From NCBI GenBank assembly GCA_043781315.1, contig JAYWBR010000163.1, positions 1-43,818 on the forward strand: a DNA stretch of 43,818 nt, in the 5' to 3' direction. Every line of letters starts with the position of its first letter. Position 1 is the first letter of the stretch. Both the position numbers and the translations under genes were made by a program. This document shows positions 8,836 through 17,311 of the stretch, in pieces. Below the pieces are notes generated by a model. It saw only the letters and a program-made list of their open reading frames with translations. It had not been told where the DNA came from and searched no databases. This DNA is from Verrucomicrobiota bacterium. GTDB taxonomy: Bacteria > Verrucomicrobiota > Verrucomicrobiia > Limisphaerales > CAIQOK01.

Positions 8836-9477
8836 ATGCTGATCGCCTTCAACAAACCCTACGGCGTGCTGTCGCAGTTCACGGCGGACGGTTCGCCCAA
8901 CCGCCCGCTCGCGGAATTTAATTTTCCCAAAGGCGTCTATCCCATCGGCCGGCTCGACGCGGATTCGGAAGGCTTGCTGCTGTTGAGTGATGAGGCGGCG
9001 TTGAATCAAAAACTGCTGCATCCCCGCAACGCCCACGAACGCGAATACTGGGTGCAGGTTGAATGCATTCCCACCGTCGAGGCGTTGAGAAAACTAGCCA
9101 GCGGATTGCTCGTGCAAGGCCGAAACACGTTGCCCTGTCGCGCCTGGTTGCTGGAGCCGCAACCGATTGAGGTGGGGCGCGTCGCTCCGTGCGCGCCGGG
9201 GACGGACTTCGCAGCGGGCGACGCGCACGGAGTGACGCGCCCTACTATTTCACCGCGCGTGCCGCCGATTCGATTTCGCAAGACGGTGCCGGATTGCTGG
9301 ATTGGGCTGGAATTGATCGAGGGCAAAAACCGCCAGGTGCGCCGCATGACCGCCGCCATCGGGCATCCCACTTTGAGGCTCGTGCGTGTGAGAATCGGGC
9401 GCTACGTTTTGGGATCGCTTGCGCCGGGAGCCTGGAAAATATTGACGCCGGAAGAACGCTCCCTGGTCGGTGTGTAA
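8836..9477 (+). CDS. rluE: RluE/RsuA-family rRNA pseudouridine synthase (213 aa) carrying an in-frame palindromic insert
   Basis: FNKPYGVLSQF, catalytic GRLDADSEGLLLLSD, and EGKNRQVRRMTAAIGHPTLRLVRVRIG. An extra segment IEVGRVAPCAPGTDFAAGDAHGVTRPT is encoded by the inverted repeat at 9175-9242. Confidence 0.8.
   Translation: MLIAFNKPYGVLSQFTADGSPNRPLAEFNFPKGVYPIGRLDADSEGLLLLSDEAALNQKLLHPRNAHEREYWVQVECIPTVEALRKLASGLLVQGRNTLPCRAWLLEPQPIEVGRVAPCAPGTDFAAGDAHGVTRPTISPRVPPIRFRKTVPDCWIGLELIEGKNRQVRRMTAAIGHPTLRLVRVRIGRYVLGSLAPGAWKILTPEERSLVGV
9175..9242. repeat. GC-rich inverted repeat inside rluE (two inverted copies of a GGGCGCG-N10-CGCGCC unit)
   Basis: GGGCGCGTCGCTCCGTGCGCG (9175-9195) against CGCGCACGGAGTGACGCGCCC (9222-9242): 20 of 21 positions complementary. 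A third copy of the unit lies at 23233-23256. Confidence 0.85.
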
Positions 9478-9486
9478 GAATCTAAC

Positions 9487-10017
9487 TTAGAATTGGTCTT
9501 CCTTCTCCTTGAACAGCACGTTGAACGTCGTCAGCGAACCGTAGCTCTTCGTGATGTACTGCTGCATCTCCACCTTCTCGCCGTCGGTGAGTTTTTCGTG
9601 CGCGTTAATTTTCTGTTCCAGCACGCGCAAATTATTTCTGACCATCACGACCTTGTGGAAAAAAGTTTCGAGCGGCACTTCCTTCGTCTGCAACGTCGGA
9701 TCGGCGGGATGCATGACCACTTTGCCGCCGTGCCAGCGCAGGCCGAGTTGTTCAACCACGGCGTCGGGTTTTTCCAATCCGAGTTTTTGAATCGCGGCGG
9801 CGAGGGTCTGTTCCACGAACTGTTTCAACGGCACGCCCAGCCCGCTCACGCTGACCTGCGGCTCGGCGGCTTCCACGCCCGCCGGTTCCGGCGCGATGGT
9901 GCGGCGGGCGTCGTCGAACAAAATGTCCGCCGTGATTTCTGAAATGGTTTTCACCACGCCCAGGCCGTATTGCGGGTGGCGGACTTTCATGCCGACGTGC
10001 AACGCTTCAGTTTTCAT
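9487..10017 (-). CDS. conserved hypothetical protein (176 aa)
   Basis: Start set at MKTEALHVGMKVRHPQYGLGVVK (small SH3/Tudor-like N-terminal motif). Coding-like codon usage. I recognise no family. Confidence 0.5.
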   Translation of the reverse strand: MKTEALHVGMKVRHPQYGLGVVKTISEITADILFDDARRTIAPEPAGVEAAEPQVSVSGLGVPLKQFVEQTLAAAIQKLGLEKPDAVVEQLGLRWHGGKVVMHPADPTLQTKEVPLETFFHKVVMVRNNLRVLEQKINAHEKLTDGEKVEMQQYITKSYGSLTTFNVLFKEKEDQF

Positions 10018-10125
10018 GTGGGGAAATTTAACCACGGATGGGGAAGGATGCACACGGATTTTTCGGCGGCAGGTTTTGGTTGCCCGGTTGAAATCAAAGA
10101 GTCATCGTGTCGGCAATATTTTTCA

Positions 10126-10779
10126 ATGGCCACCAAATTTCCTGACCGCTTGTTATTTGAGCGCGAGCTTTGGTTGCAGAACCTGAGTCACATTGCCGGC
10201 GTGGACGAGGCCGGGCGCGGGCCGCTCGCCGGGCCGGTCGTGGCGGCGGCGGTCGTGTTGCCACCGCACTGGCGCGAGACCGGCGTGGACGAGCGGTTGC
10301 GCGACCTCAACGACTCCAAGCAGCTCACCGAGGCGCAGCGGGAAAACTTTTTCGCCATCCTCACCGCGCATCCCGAAATCCGTTTCGCCGTCGCCGTCGT
10401 GGACGCGGCGACGATTGATCGCATCAACATTTTGCAGGCGACGCATCGCGCGATGAACGAGGCGCTCGCGCAGTTGCAGCCGCCACCGCAGCACATCCTC
10501 GTGGATGGCCGGCCCGTGAAGACGATGCGCTTTCCGCAGACCGCGTTGGTGAAGGGCGACGCGAAAAGTTATTCCATCGCCGCTGCGAGCGTGCTGGCCA
10601 AGGTGACGCGCGACCGGATGCTGCTGGAGTTTCACGCGCAATTTCCCAACTACGGTTTCGCGGAGCACAAGGGTTACGGCACGCCGCAGCATCTGGCGGC
10701 GATTGCCAAGTTCGGCGCGTGCCCGATTCACCGCCGCAGCTTCGCGCCGATTCGGACGAAGGAGCGGGAATTGTTTTGA
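10126..10779 (+). CDS. rnhB: ribonuclease HII (217 aa)
   Basis: The track ORF is over-extended. ATG at 10126 gives MATKFPDRLLFERELW...IAGVDEAGRGPLAGPVVAAAV, DSKQL, and the HRRSF C-terminal motif. Confidence 0.9.
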   Translation: MATKFPDRLLFERELWLQNLSHIAGVDEAGRGPLAGPVVAAAVVLPPHWRETGVDERLRDLNDSKQLTEAQRENFFAILTAHPEIRFAVAVVDAATIDRINILQATHRAMNEALAQLQPPPQHILVDGRPVKTMRFPQTALVKGDAKSYSIAAASVLAKVTRDRMLLEFHAQFPNYGFAEHKGYGTPQHLAAIAKFGACPIHRRSFAPIRTKERELF

Positions 10780-10814
10780 GCCCGAATTCCGAAGCTGGGT
10801 TTTCGCCGACCCTC

Positions 10815-10951
10815 GTAGCGCAGGCTTCCCAGCCTGCTGTCGCGCAAGTTTCCCAACTTGCGCGGCGTGAAAATTTTCAGGCGCGCTGGCACGGCAAGGA
10901 CCTGCCGGCTTGGAAGTGCGGCGATACAGCCGGTTGGGAAACCGGCGCTAC
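10815..10951. repeat. two inverted ~50-nt units, each a double hairpin with TTCCCA/TGGGAA loops
   Basis: Unit A (10815-10864): GTAGCGCAGGCTTCCCAGCCTGCTGTCGCGCAAGTTTCCCAACTTGCGCG. Unit B (10904-10951) is the reverse-complement type, ...GATACAGCCGGTTGGGAAACCGGCGCTAC. Lies between the convergent rnhB and regulator genes. Confidence 0.8.
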
Positions 10952-11011
10952 GCTGAAGGGCAGCCCGACTTCGGAGCTCGGGTTGAGCGTGGCGGCTGAC
11001 CCAGGCGGCGG

Positions 11012-11638
11012 TTACAAATGAATGATTCCCCGCTGCAAGGCTGCCGTCACGGCTTCGGTGCGATCGGCAACGTGCAGTTTTCCGAGGATGCTCTTGAGAT
11101 GATCTTTGACCGTGTGTTCGCTGATCTTCAGCACATCGGCGATTTCTTTGTTGGCACGGCCGGTGGCCAGTTGGTGCAATACTTCGATTTCGCGCGGAGT
11201 TAATTCCTCGAACAGCTTGCGCGCCGCCAGCCGGGTGGCCACTTCCTGCGGAATCCAACGCTGCCCGGCGGCCACCGCGCGAATGGCGGGGATCAAACTT
11301 TCGCGGGTGGAATTTTTCAGCAGGTAGCCACCGGCTCCGGCGCTTAATGCTTTGTGGATGTCGTCGTCGCCGTCGTACGTCGTGAGCATCAGGATGCGGG
11401 CGGCGGGAAATTGCGTGCGGATTTTTTGGGTGGCGCTGATGCCGTCGCCGCGTGGCATCCGCAAATCCATCAGGACGAGATCGGGTTCAAGTTTCTGATA
11501 GAGTTCGACGACTTGGGTTCCGTCGGCGGCCTCGCCAACGACCTGCAAGTCCGGCTCGGTTTCAACCAAGGCGGCCAGCCCCATGCGCACGACGTAATGG
11601 TCGTCGGCAATCAGGATGCGGATGGGGTTTTTGCTCAT
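11012..11638 (-). CDS. NarL/FixJ-family response regulator (208 aa)
   Basis: Receiver domain (ILIADDH..., LVLMDLRMPRGDG) plus LuxR-type HTH (LTPREIEVLHQLATGRANKEIADVLKISEHTVKDHLKSILGKL). 4-nt overlap with the upstream kinase gene. Confidence 0.9.
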   Translation of the reverse strand: MSKNPIRILIADDHYVVRMGLAALVETEPDLQVVGEAADGTQVVELYQKLEPDLVLMDLRMPRGDGISATQKIRTQFPAARILMLTTYDGDDDIHKALSAGAGGYLLKNSTRESLIPAIRAVAAGQRWIPQEVATRLAARKLFEELTPREIEVLHQLATGRANKEIADVLKISEHTVKDHLKSILGKLHVADRTEAVTAALQRGIIHL

Positions 11639-13986
11639 AGTTGTGCGCCAAGCTGGCTTTCAATCAATCCCGGATCCGCCGGTGGTGCCAGCGGGATCAT
11701 TACTTGCACGGTGGTTCCCTTGCCGGGTTCGCTGGTGACGGAAACTTTCCCTTGGAGTCGCGTGGTTCGCTCGGTGATGCCGAGCAGCCCGAAGTGGCCT
11801 TCGCGCGGCCCGGCTTGTTGATGGATCACGAACCCGACGCCGTTGTCGCCAATGTTGAGGATCACATTTTGCGGCCCGTAATCCAGGGTGATGGTCGCGT
11901 CTGTGGCTTGGGAATGTTTGATGATGTTGGTCAGGGCTTCCTGCGCAATGCGCAGCAGATTTTCCTCGATGAATTCCGACAGCGGCCGCACGCGGCCCAC
12001 GGCCTTGACCTGCACTTGGATACTCGTGTCCTCCGTGAGCTGTTGGCTGATCTTGAGGAGCAGACCGGCCAGATCAATTTGTTCCGGTGACCGCGACCGC
12101 AAATCCCAGACGGAACAGCGCACTTCGGTCTGGCTCTGGGTCACGAGGTTGCGCGCCAGTTCGAGGTGATGGTTCGCCCGCCCGGCATCGCTCGGGGTAA
12201 ATTTCGCCGCCGTGTCCATCTGCAAGGCGACGCCGGTGAGGGTTTGCTCCAGCGTGTCGTGGAGTTCCTGCGCGAGGCGGGTGCGCTCGCTGAGCACGGC
12301 GTTGAATTGCAGCTCCGCTTCCTGCCGCGCGGTGATCTGGAGCCTGAGTTGCTCGGAGCGTTCCTTGACGCGTTCTTCCAGGTGGTCGTTGGCGTCTTGC
12401 AATTCGACCTGCGCCTGCTCCTTATCACGGATTGAAATTTTCAACGCGGCATTGCGCCGGGACACCATGACGATCCAGCTCAACGCGACGACCAGCACGG
12501 CGAACAGGCCGGCGAGTCCGAGGAGCAAGCGTTGTGGCGTCCACCAACTCGGCGCTTGCAGGATGCGGAGGCTCCGGGCGTCGGGCAGCAAAATCTGGAG
12601 TGATTGCAGTTTGCCATCCTCGGCAATTTTCATGAGGCAAACGCCGGTGACTTCCACCAGGCTGCCGATGGGCGCGGGCATGGGGTCGGCACCAACTCCG
12701 GTGATCGGCCCTTCCACGCTGAACAGGAAGTTTGAGTTTTGCAGAGTCAAAATGGTTTGTTGGTCGGTCGGAAGTCCACCCGGACGTCGGACCAACCGTT
12801 CTGTACGGTCAAGCACCCGGCCTTGGAGGGTGACTGTGTCGGCGTGGCGAAAGCCGCCCTCTAATTCCGAAATCGTCACCGGCTTGGTGGTGGGCTGCTG
12901 GTGCGGGTTAGCCACTTTGCGAAAAACCGCGTCTTGCAAGACGGGGAGAAATTGCTCGAAGTTCGGAAAGCCCACTGCCTCGACGACTTCGCCGGGGGCG
13001 ACTTTTTTTAGCAAGCGGCTCTGCACCTGCATGCCGCCGGTTTCGTCCTGGAGGAAGAGGTCTTCGCCGGGACGTTGGTAGGTGACGACGCCTTGGACAT
13101 GAACTCGTTTGCCCAGTTCCGGTTCGTTGCGGTATTGCGCGAGACGGTCGAGCGGAATCACCCGTTCGGCAAACGGATCGCCCAACTCGGTTTTCTCAAT
13201 CACAAAATCCGCCGCGCTCGGGACATGCAGTCCGACGGTGATCAGGTGTCGGAGTTTTCCGTTGTAGAAGGTGGAAGCGGTGCCGCGGACGCGGACCTTG
13301 GCCCCGATCAACGTCTGCGAATCCACGTCCGGCGGCGGGGTGTTGACCTCGATTCGGTAACCGCCGGAGGCAATCTCAAAAGTGATGACCCCACCCTTGG
13401 GGCGAAAGGCGCGGACGACGCCGAAAATTTCCACGCGCTGACTGTCTTCGATGCCGGCCACGAGCTGTTCGATGGGGACAAGCTTGGCCTGGGGCAGGGG
13501 TGCGGTTCCGAGTTTGTGCCAGTGCGGCAAAGTAATGATCGGGGCGAAACCACCGGGATGACTGATGCCAGTGACCTCGACAAAATCCCCAGGCTTCGGC
13601 TGGTTCGGGTCCAGCAAGTTTGTGCTGATGTTTTCCACAAACACGCCGGCCGTGGCGTCCTGCACAAAAAAACGCCCGCTCCATTCCAAGTCGGGTTGAG
13701 CTGCCGTCACCACCCCGTGGATCAGAACTTTGATGCCGTACGCGCGCTCCGCCGGCAGCGCGAGAATCTGGCTGGCATTCGTCAGCACCAGATTGGTGGG
13801 TTGCGCTGGGGCTAGCGATGTTGACACCCACGCCAGAAAAATTCCCGCCAGCACGCGGATAAGCAGGTGCGGCGCACGAAGGAAGTTTCGGATGTTTGGT
13901 TTTGGGCGGATGCCAAAGTTAAGCTCCGCGCTGCTTGCGAGTCCAGAATTTTTCCAATGCCACCCCCCTCTTAAGAGGGATGGCAA
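11635..13986 (-). CDS. sensor histidine kinase (HisKA_3/HATPase_c) with a large extracytoplasmic repeat domain (up to 783 aa)
   Basis: C-terminal ERTRLAQELHDTLEQTL (H-box), NIIKHSQA, and GDNGVGF...GLLGITERT. One TM segment (LLLGLAGLFAVLVVALSWIVMV). The start is uncertain: TTG at 13986 lies inside a palindrome, and an in-frame GTG at 13854 is an alternative. Confidence 0.8.
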   Translation of the reverse strand: MPSLLRGGWHWKNSGLASSAELNFGIRPKPNIRNFLRAPHLLIRVLAGIFLAWVSTSLAPAQPTNLVLTNASQILALPAERAYGIKVLIHGVVTAAQPDLEWSGRFFVQDATAGVFVENISTNLLDPNQPKPGDFVEVTGISHPGGFAPIITLPHWHKLGTAPLPQAKLVPIEQLVAGIEDSQRVEIFGVVRAFRPKGGVITFEIASGGYRIEVNTPPPDVDSQTLIGAKVRVRGTASTFYNGKLRHLITVGLHVPSAADFVIEKTELGDPFAERVIPLDRLAQYRNEPELGKRVHVQGVVTYQRPGEDLFLQDETGGMQVQSRLLKKVAPGEVVEAVGFPNFEQFLPVLQDAVFRKVANPHQQPTTKPVTISELEGGFRHADTVTLQGRVLDRTERLVRRPGGLPTDQQTILTLQNSNFLFSVEGPITGVGADPMPAPIGSLVEVTGVCLMKIAEDGKLQSLQILLPDARSLRILQAPSWWTPQRLLLGLAGLFAVLVVALSWIVMVSRRNAALKISIRDKEQAQVELQDANDHLEERVKERSEQLRLQITARQEAELQFNAVLSERTRLAQELHDTLEQTLTGVALQMDTAAKFTPSDAGRANHHLELARNLVTQSQTEVRCSVWDLRSRSPEQIDLAGLLLKISQQLTEDTSIQVQVKAVGRVRPLSEFIEENLLRIAQEALTNIIKHSQATDATITLDYGPQNVILNIGDNGVGFVIHQQAGPREGHFGLLGITERTTRLQGKVSVTSEPGKGTTVQVMIPLAPPADPGLIESQLGAQL
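13958..13985. promoter_or_regulatory. palindrome TGCCA-CCC-CCCTCTTAAGAGGG-A-TGGCA at the 5' end of the kinase operon
   Basis: CCCTCTTAAGAGGG (13966-13979) is a perfect 14-nt palindrome flanked by complementary TGCCA/TGGCA. It shares the core CCTCWWAAGAGGGATG with 22419-22438. Half-site TCCCTCAAAA at ~14049-14058. Confidence 0.4.
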
Positions 13987-14190
13987 CCGAAGTGGGCTGC
14001 GCTAATGTTTCAACCAGATGACCAATACACGACCAGCACTGAGCTTGCTCCCTCAAAATAAGTTCACGCACAGACCGGCGGCGGGACGAGTCGGGTTTTG
14101 GTCTAAGGTATCCACAAATAAAAACCTCTGGGCGGTGAAACGCCAACCATAAGCAACGAGTAAAACAACCAAACCCCAAGACACAACAGT

Positions 14191-15549
14191 ATGAAAATAA
14201 CTACATCAATACGAAGCTTCCTCGGAGCCAGCCTGCTCTTCGGCGCGGGCGTCGCCGCCCAGGCGGATCCCATCACGTTCAATGTGGACATGGCTCGCAT
14301 GACCAACAGCGCGGGGCTGCCGGCCTACACGGAAGTCCGCGCCAGCGGTGCTTTCAACGGCTGGAGCCAGACCACGATCCTTACCAACAACGGAGCGAAT
14401 ATTTTCACGAACACCGTCGAAATCGCCGCCAACGGCAATTACAAATATACCTGTGCGATCAATGGCGGTACCGAGTGGGAAGCCGGCAGCGACCACGGCA
14501 TGACGCTCACTGGCAGTCCGCAAACGTTGCCTTTGCTTGTGTTTAATTACGGCGGGGCCGTGCCGATTGACTTCGTGACCAACAATATCACCTTTAACTG
14601 TGACATGCGGGTGCAGGGACAGGCTTGGCTCAATGGCGGCGCCCTCATCACGGTCTCGGGCGGTTTCAATGGATGGGGCAACAGTCAGGTGCTGACCAAC
14701 AATCCAAACGCAACTTACCCTACGAACTGGTTCTATTCGGGGACCTACCCTGCGATCACGCAGCTCATTCCGCCCACCTGGCCGAATAATTCCGCCAAAT
14801 ATAACCGATTCAAATTCCGCGCCAATGGCGGCTGGGAAGAGCCGACCTTCAACCCGGCCTACGGGTCGAACGACCGCAGTTGGGACGCGACAACCACCGG
14901 CGACCGCGTGCTCCCGCTGGTGCTCTACTCGGATGCTTCCTTGTGTGATGTCTTGGATCAGGCCACGGATGTCACTTTTGCGATCCATGTGACCAACGGC
15001 ACGGTGGCGTTGGATGGACATGTGTTCGACAACACGATTGATCAGATTCATATCAACGGTGAGTCTCTGCTCGGCGCGTGGCAGCCCTGGAATTTCACAC
15101 TGCCCCAGTTGATGCGCGACGGTACTACCGATAATTATACCAACACCTTCACCATTCCGGCCGGACGTCCGCGCAACCAAAAGGTGAAGTATAACATCGT
15201 GGACGGAAACACCCTCTCCGGCGGCGACAATGAAGCTGGCTTCAATAACGACCACATTCAATGGATTCGCACCACCAACACGACCTACACCATGATCCCG
15301 GTCGAGTTCGGCACCAACTACGCGTCCATCCGCGTGCAGGCGGCCTTTGGCAACCTCAAGGCGGGCGCGCCTGTTGGCGGCAACATTCCCGTCACCTGGC
15401 TGACCTGTCCGTGCGTGACGTTGCAATCACGGAGCAGCTTGAACGGCGGCTCCTGGACGGATTTGCCGCAGACGGAAAGCACCAGTTCGACCAATGTGCC
15501 GAGCACGGGATCGAAGTTCTTCCGGCTCCAGAAACGGTTGACTCCGTAA
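14191..15549 (+). CDS. secreted protein with three CBM20/CBM48-like carbohydrate-binding modules and a C-terminal FFRL module (452 aa)
   Basis: Signal peptide MKITTSIRSFLGASLLFGAGVAAQA. Three repeats of the ITFNVDM...GAFNGWS...LTNNG...YKY pattern. C-terminus ...GSWTDLP...GSKFFRLQKR. Confidence 0.6.
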   Translation: MKITTSIRSFLGASLLFGAGVAAQADPITFNVDMARMTNSAGLPAYTEVRASGAFNGWSQTTILTNNGANIFTNTVEIAANGNYKYTCAINGGTEWEAGSDHGMTLTGSPQTLPLLVFNYGGAVPIDFVTNNITFNCDMRVQGQAWLNGGALITVSGGFNGWGNSQVLTNNPNATYPTNWFYSGTYPAITQLIPPTWPNNSAKYNRFKFRANGGWEEPTFNPAYGSNDRSWDATTTGDRVLPLVLYSDASLCDVLDQATDVTFAIHVTNGTVALDGHVFDNTIDQIHINGESLLGAWQPWNFTLPQLMRDGTTDNYTNTFTIPAGRPRNQKVKYNIVDGNTLSGGDNEAGFNNDHIQWIRTTNTTYTMIPVEFGTNYASIRVQAAFGNLKAGAPVGGNIPVTWLTCPCVTLQSRSSLNGGSWTDLPQTESTSSTNVPSTGSKFFRLQKRLTP

Positions 15550-15633
15550 GCTAGCAGTAACGCCCACCTCGACAAAGTTGTCGGGGTGCGCCTTTATCGG
15601 CCACATCTCAACCCTAACCATCCTATTTGAAAA

Positions 15634-16470
15634 ATGAAAAAATCCCAATCCGCCTTCACCTTGATTGAGTTGCTGGTCGTCATCGCCATCATCGCCATTC
15701 TCGCTGCGATGCTGCTGCCGGCGTTGAGCAAAGCCAAAGCCAAGGCCTATGCCATCAGTTGCATGAACAACACCAAACAACTCATGGTCGCCTGCACCAT
15801 GTATATCGGCGAGAACCGCGACAAGTTTCCCGGCAACGTTCATAGTCCAACAACCATCAACCCCAACGACTACCGCAAGCCGTGGGTTTCCGGTTTCATG
15901 GACTGGACTATCTCCACCGTCAACACCGACACGCGCTATGTGCTCGATCCACTTTTTTCCTCGATTGCCCCCTACTTTGGCAGCCAGAAAAACATCTACA
16001 AATGTCCCGCTGATAAATACGTGTCAGGCACACAGCGCGCCGCAGGAATCTACGAGCGCATCCGCAGCGTGTCCGCAAACTTCTACACCGGCGGCGACCC
16101 CTCGCAATACGTCATGGGCGCGCCCGTGGATCTGGGCCTGTCGCTCACGCCGAAATATTTGCAGGTGACCCACCCGGTGGACACCTATGTTTATCTCGAC
16201 GAAAACGCGGACAGCATCAACGACGGTGCCTTCTTCACACCGAACAACGGCAAATGGTACGACATGCCCGCCAACTATCACAATGGCGCGGCGGGCTTTG
16301 CATTCGTGGACGGCCATTCGGAAATCCACCGCTGGCAAGAATCCGCAAAGCTGGTGGGAGTGATCTATGACAACAGCGGGCCGAGTTGGAGGAGTAGTTC
16401 GGTTTCAGCAGCGGACAAGGACTACGTATGGATGCGTGAACACACCCAACGGATGCCCGGCGTACCTTGA
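15634..16470 (+). CDS. prepilin-type N-terminal cleavage/methylation domain protein, H-X9-DG (DUF1559-like) family (278 aa)
   Basis: N-terminus [32 protein letters not shown]-terminal [13 protein letters not shown] fits the H-X9-DG motif. Confidence 0.85.
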   Translation: MKKSQSAFTLIELLVVIAIIAILAAMLLPALSKAKAKAYAISCMNNTKQLMVACTMYIGENRDKFPGNVHSPTTINPNDYRKPWVSGFMDWTISTVNTDTRYVLDPLFSSIAPYFGSQKNIYKCPADKYVSGTQRAAGIYERIRSVSANFYTGGDPSQYVMGAPVDLGLSLTPKYLQVTHPVDTYVYLDENADSINDGAFFTPNNGKWYDMPANYHNGAAGFAFVDGHSEIHRWQESAKLVGVIYDNSGPSWRSSSVSAADKDYVWMREHTQRMPGVP

Positions 16471-16594
16471 CCGGGGAAATTAAGTTCTTTGTTTCTCGGG
16501 AAGAATACCGCCGTTACCGGAGCCGTTTGACTGTGTGTATAGAAGCTCGGGAATGCGCGCGGTTCGGTAGCGGCTTCGGCAGCCACCTACAACC

Positions 16595-17239
16595 ATGGCC
16601 ATCAAAGTTTCGATCATAGATGACAACGAGGGCATTCGCACCAGCCTCGCCTCCCTGGTTCGGCGTTCGCTCACGCTCGAACTGCTTGGGGAATATGCCG
16701 ACGCCGAAACCGCCGTCAGAAAAATCCCCCACGATCCTCCGGATGTGGTTTTGATGGACATCAACTTGCCCGGCATGAACGGCGTGGAGTGTGTGCGGCA
16801 GTTGAAGTCCGTGCTGCCCCGGTTGCAAGTGTTGATGCTCACCGTCTATGAGGACAGCGATTCGTTGTTTGATTCCTTCCGCACCGGGGCCAGCGGTTAC
16901 TTACTCAAACGCACTTCCCCCGCGCGGTTGCTTGAAGCCATCCATGAAGTCAGCGCCGGTGGCTCGCCCATGACGCCGCAATTGGCGCGTCGCGTCGTAC
17001 AATTTTTCAATGCCCCGGCGAAAACTGCGGAGAATTCCTCGCTGGCTCAGATCACCGCCAGCGAACGGGAATTCCTGACCCAGCTCGCCAGCGGTTACGT
17101 GTACAAGGAAATTGCCGACCGTATGAGGATCAGTATGGATGGCGTGCGCAGCCATGTGCGGGCCGTGTACGAGAAGCTGCATGTGCATTCGCGCACCGAT
17201 GCCGTGGTCAAGTATTTGCAAGCCGAGGCGGGACGATAA
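16595..17239 (+). CDS. NarL/FixJ-family response regulator, no adjacent kinase (214 aa)
   Basis: Receiver domain (VSIIDDNEGIR, VVLMDINLPGMNG) plus LuxR-type HTH (ITASEREFLTQLASGYVYKEIADRMRISMDGVRSHVRAVYEKL). Confidence 0.85.
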   Translation: MAIKVSIIDDNEGIRTSLASLVRRSLTLELLGEYADAETAVRKIPHDPPDVVLMDINLPGMNGVECVRQLKSVLPRLQVLMLTVYEDSDSLFDSFRTGASGYLLKRTSPARLLEAIHEVSAGGSPMTPQLARRVVQFFNAPAKTAENSSLAQITASEREFLTQLASGYVYKEIADRMRISMDGVRSHVRAVYEKLHVHSRTDAVVKYLQAEAGR

Positions 17240-17311
17240 TTTGCGTGCGCGCCGCCCGAATCAGTCTTCACAAATTGCCAAACCGGTGAGCGGCCGACTA
17301 GACTGGGATAC

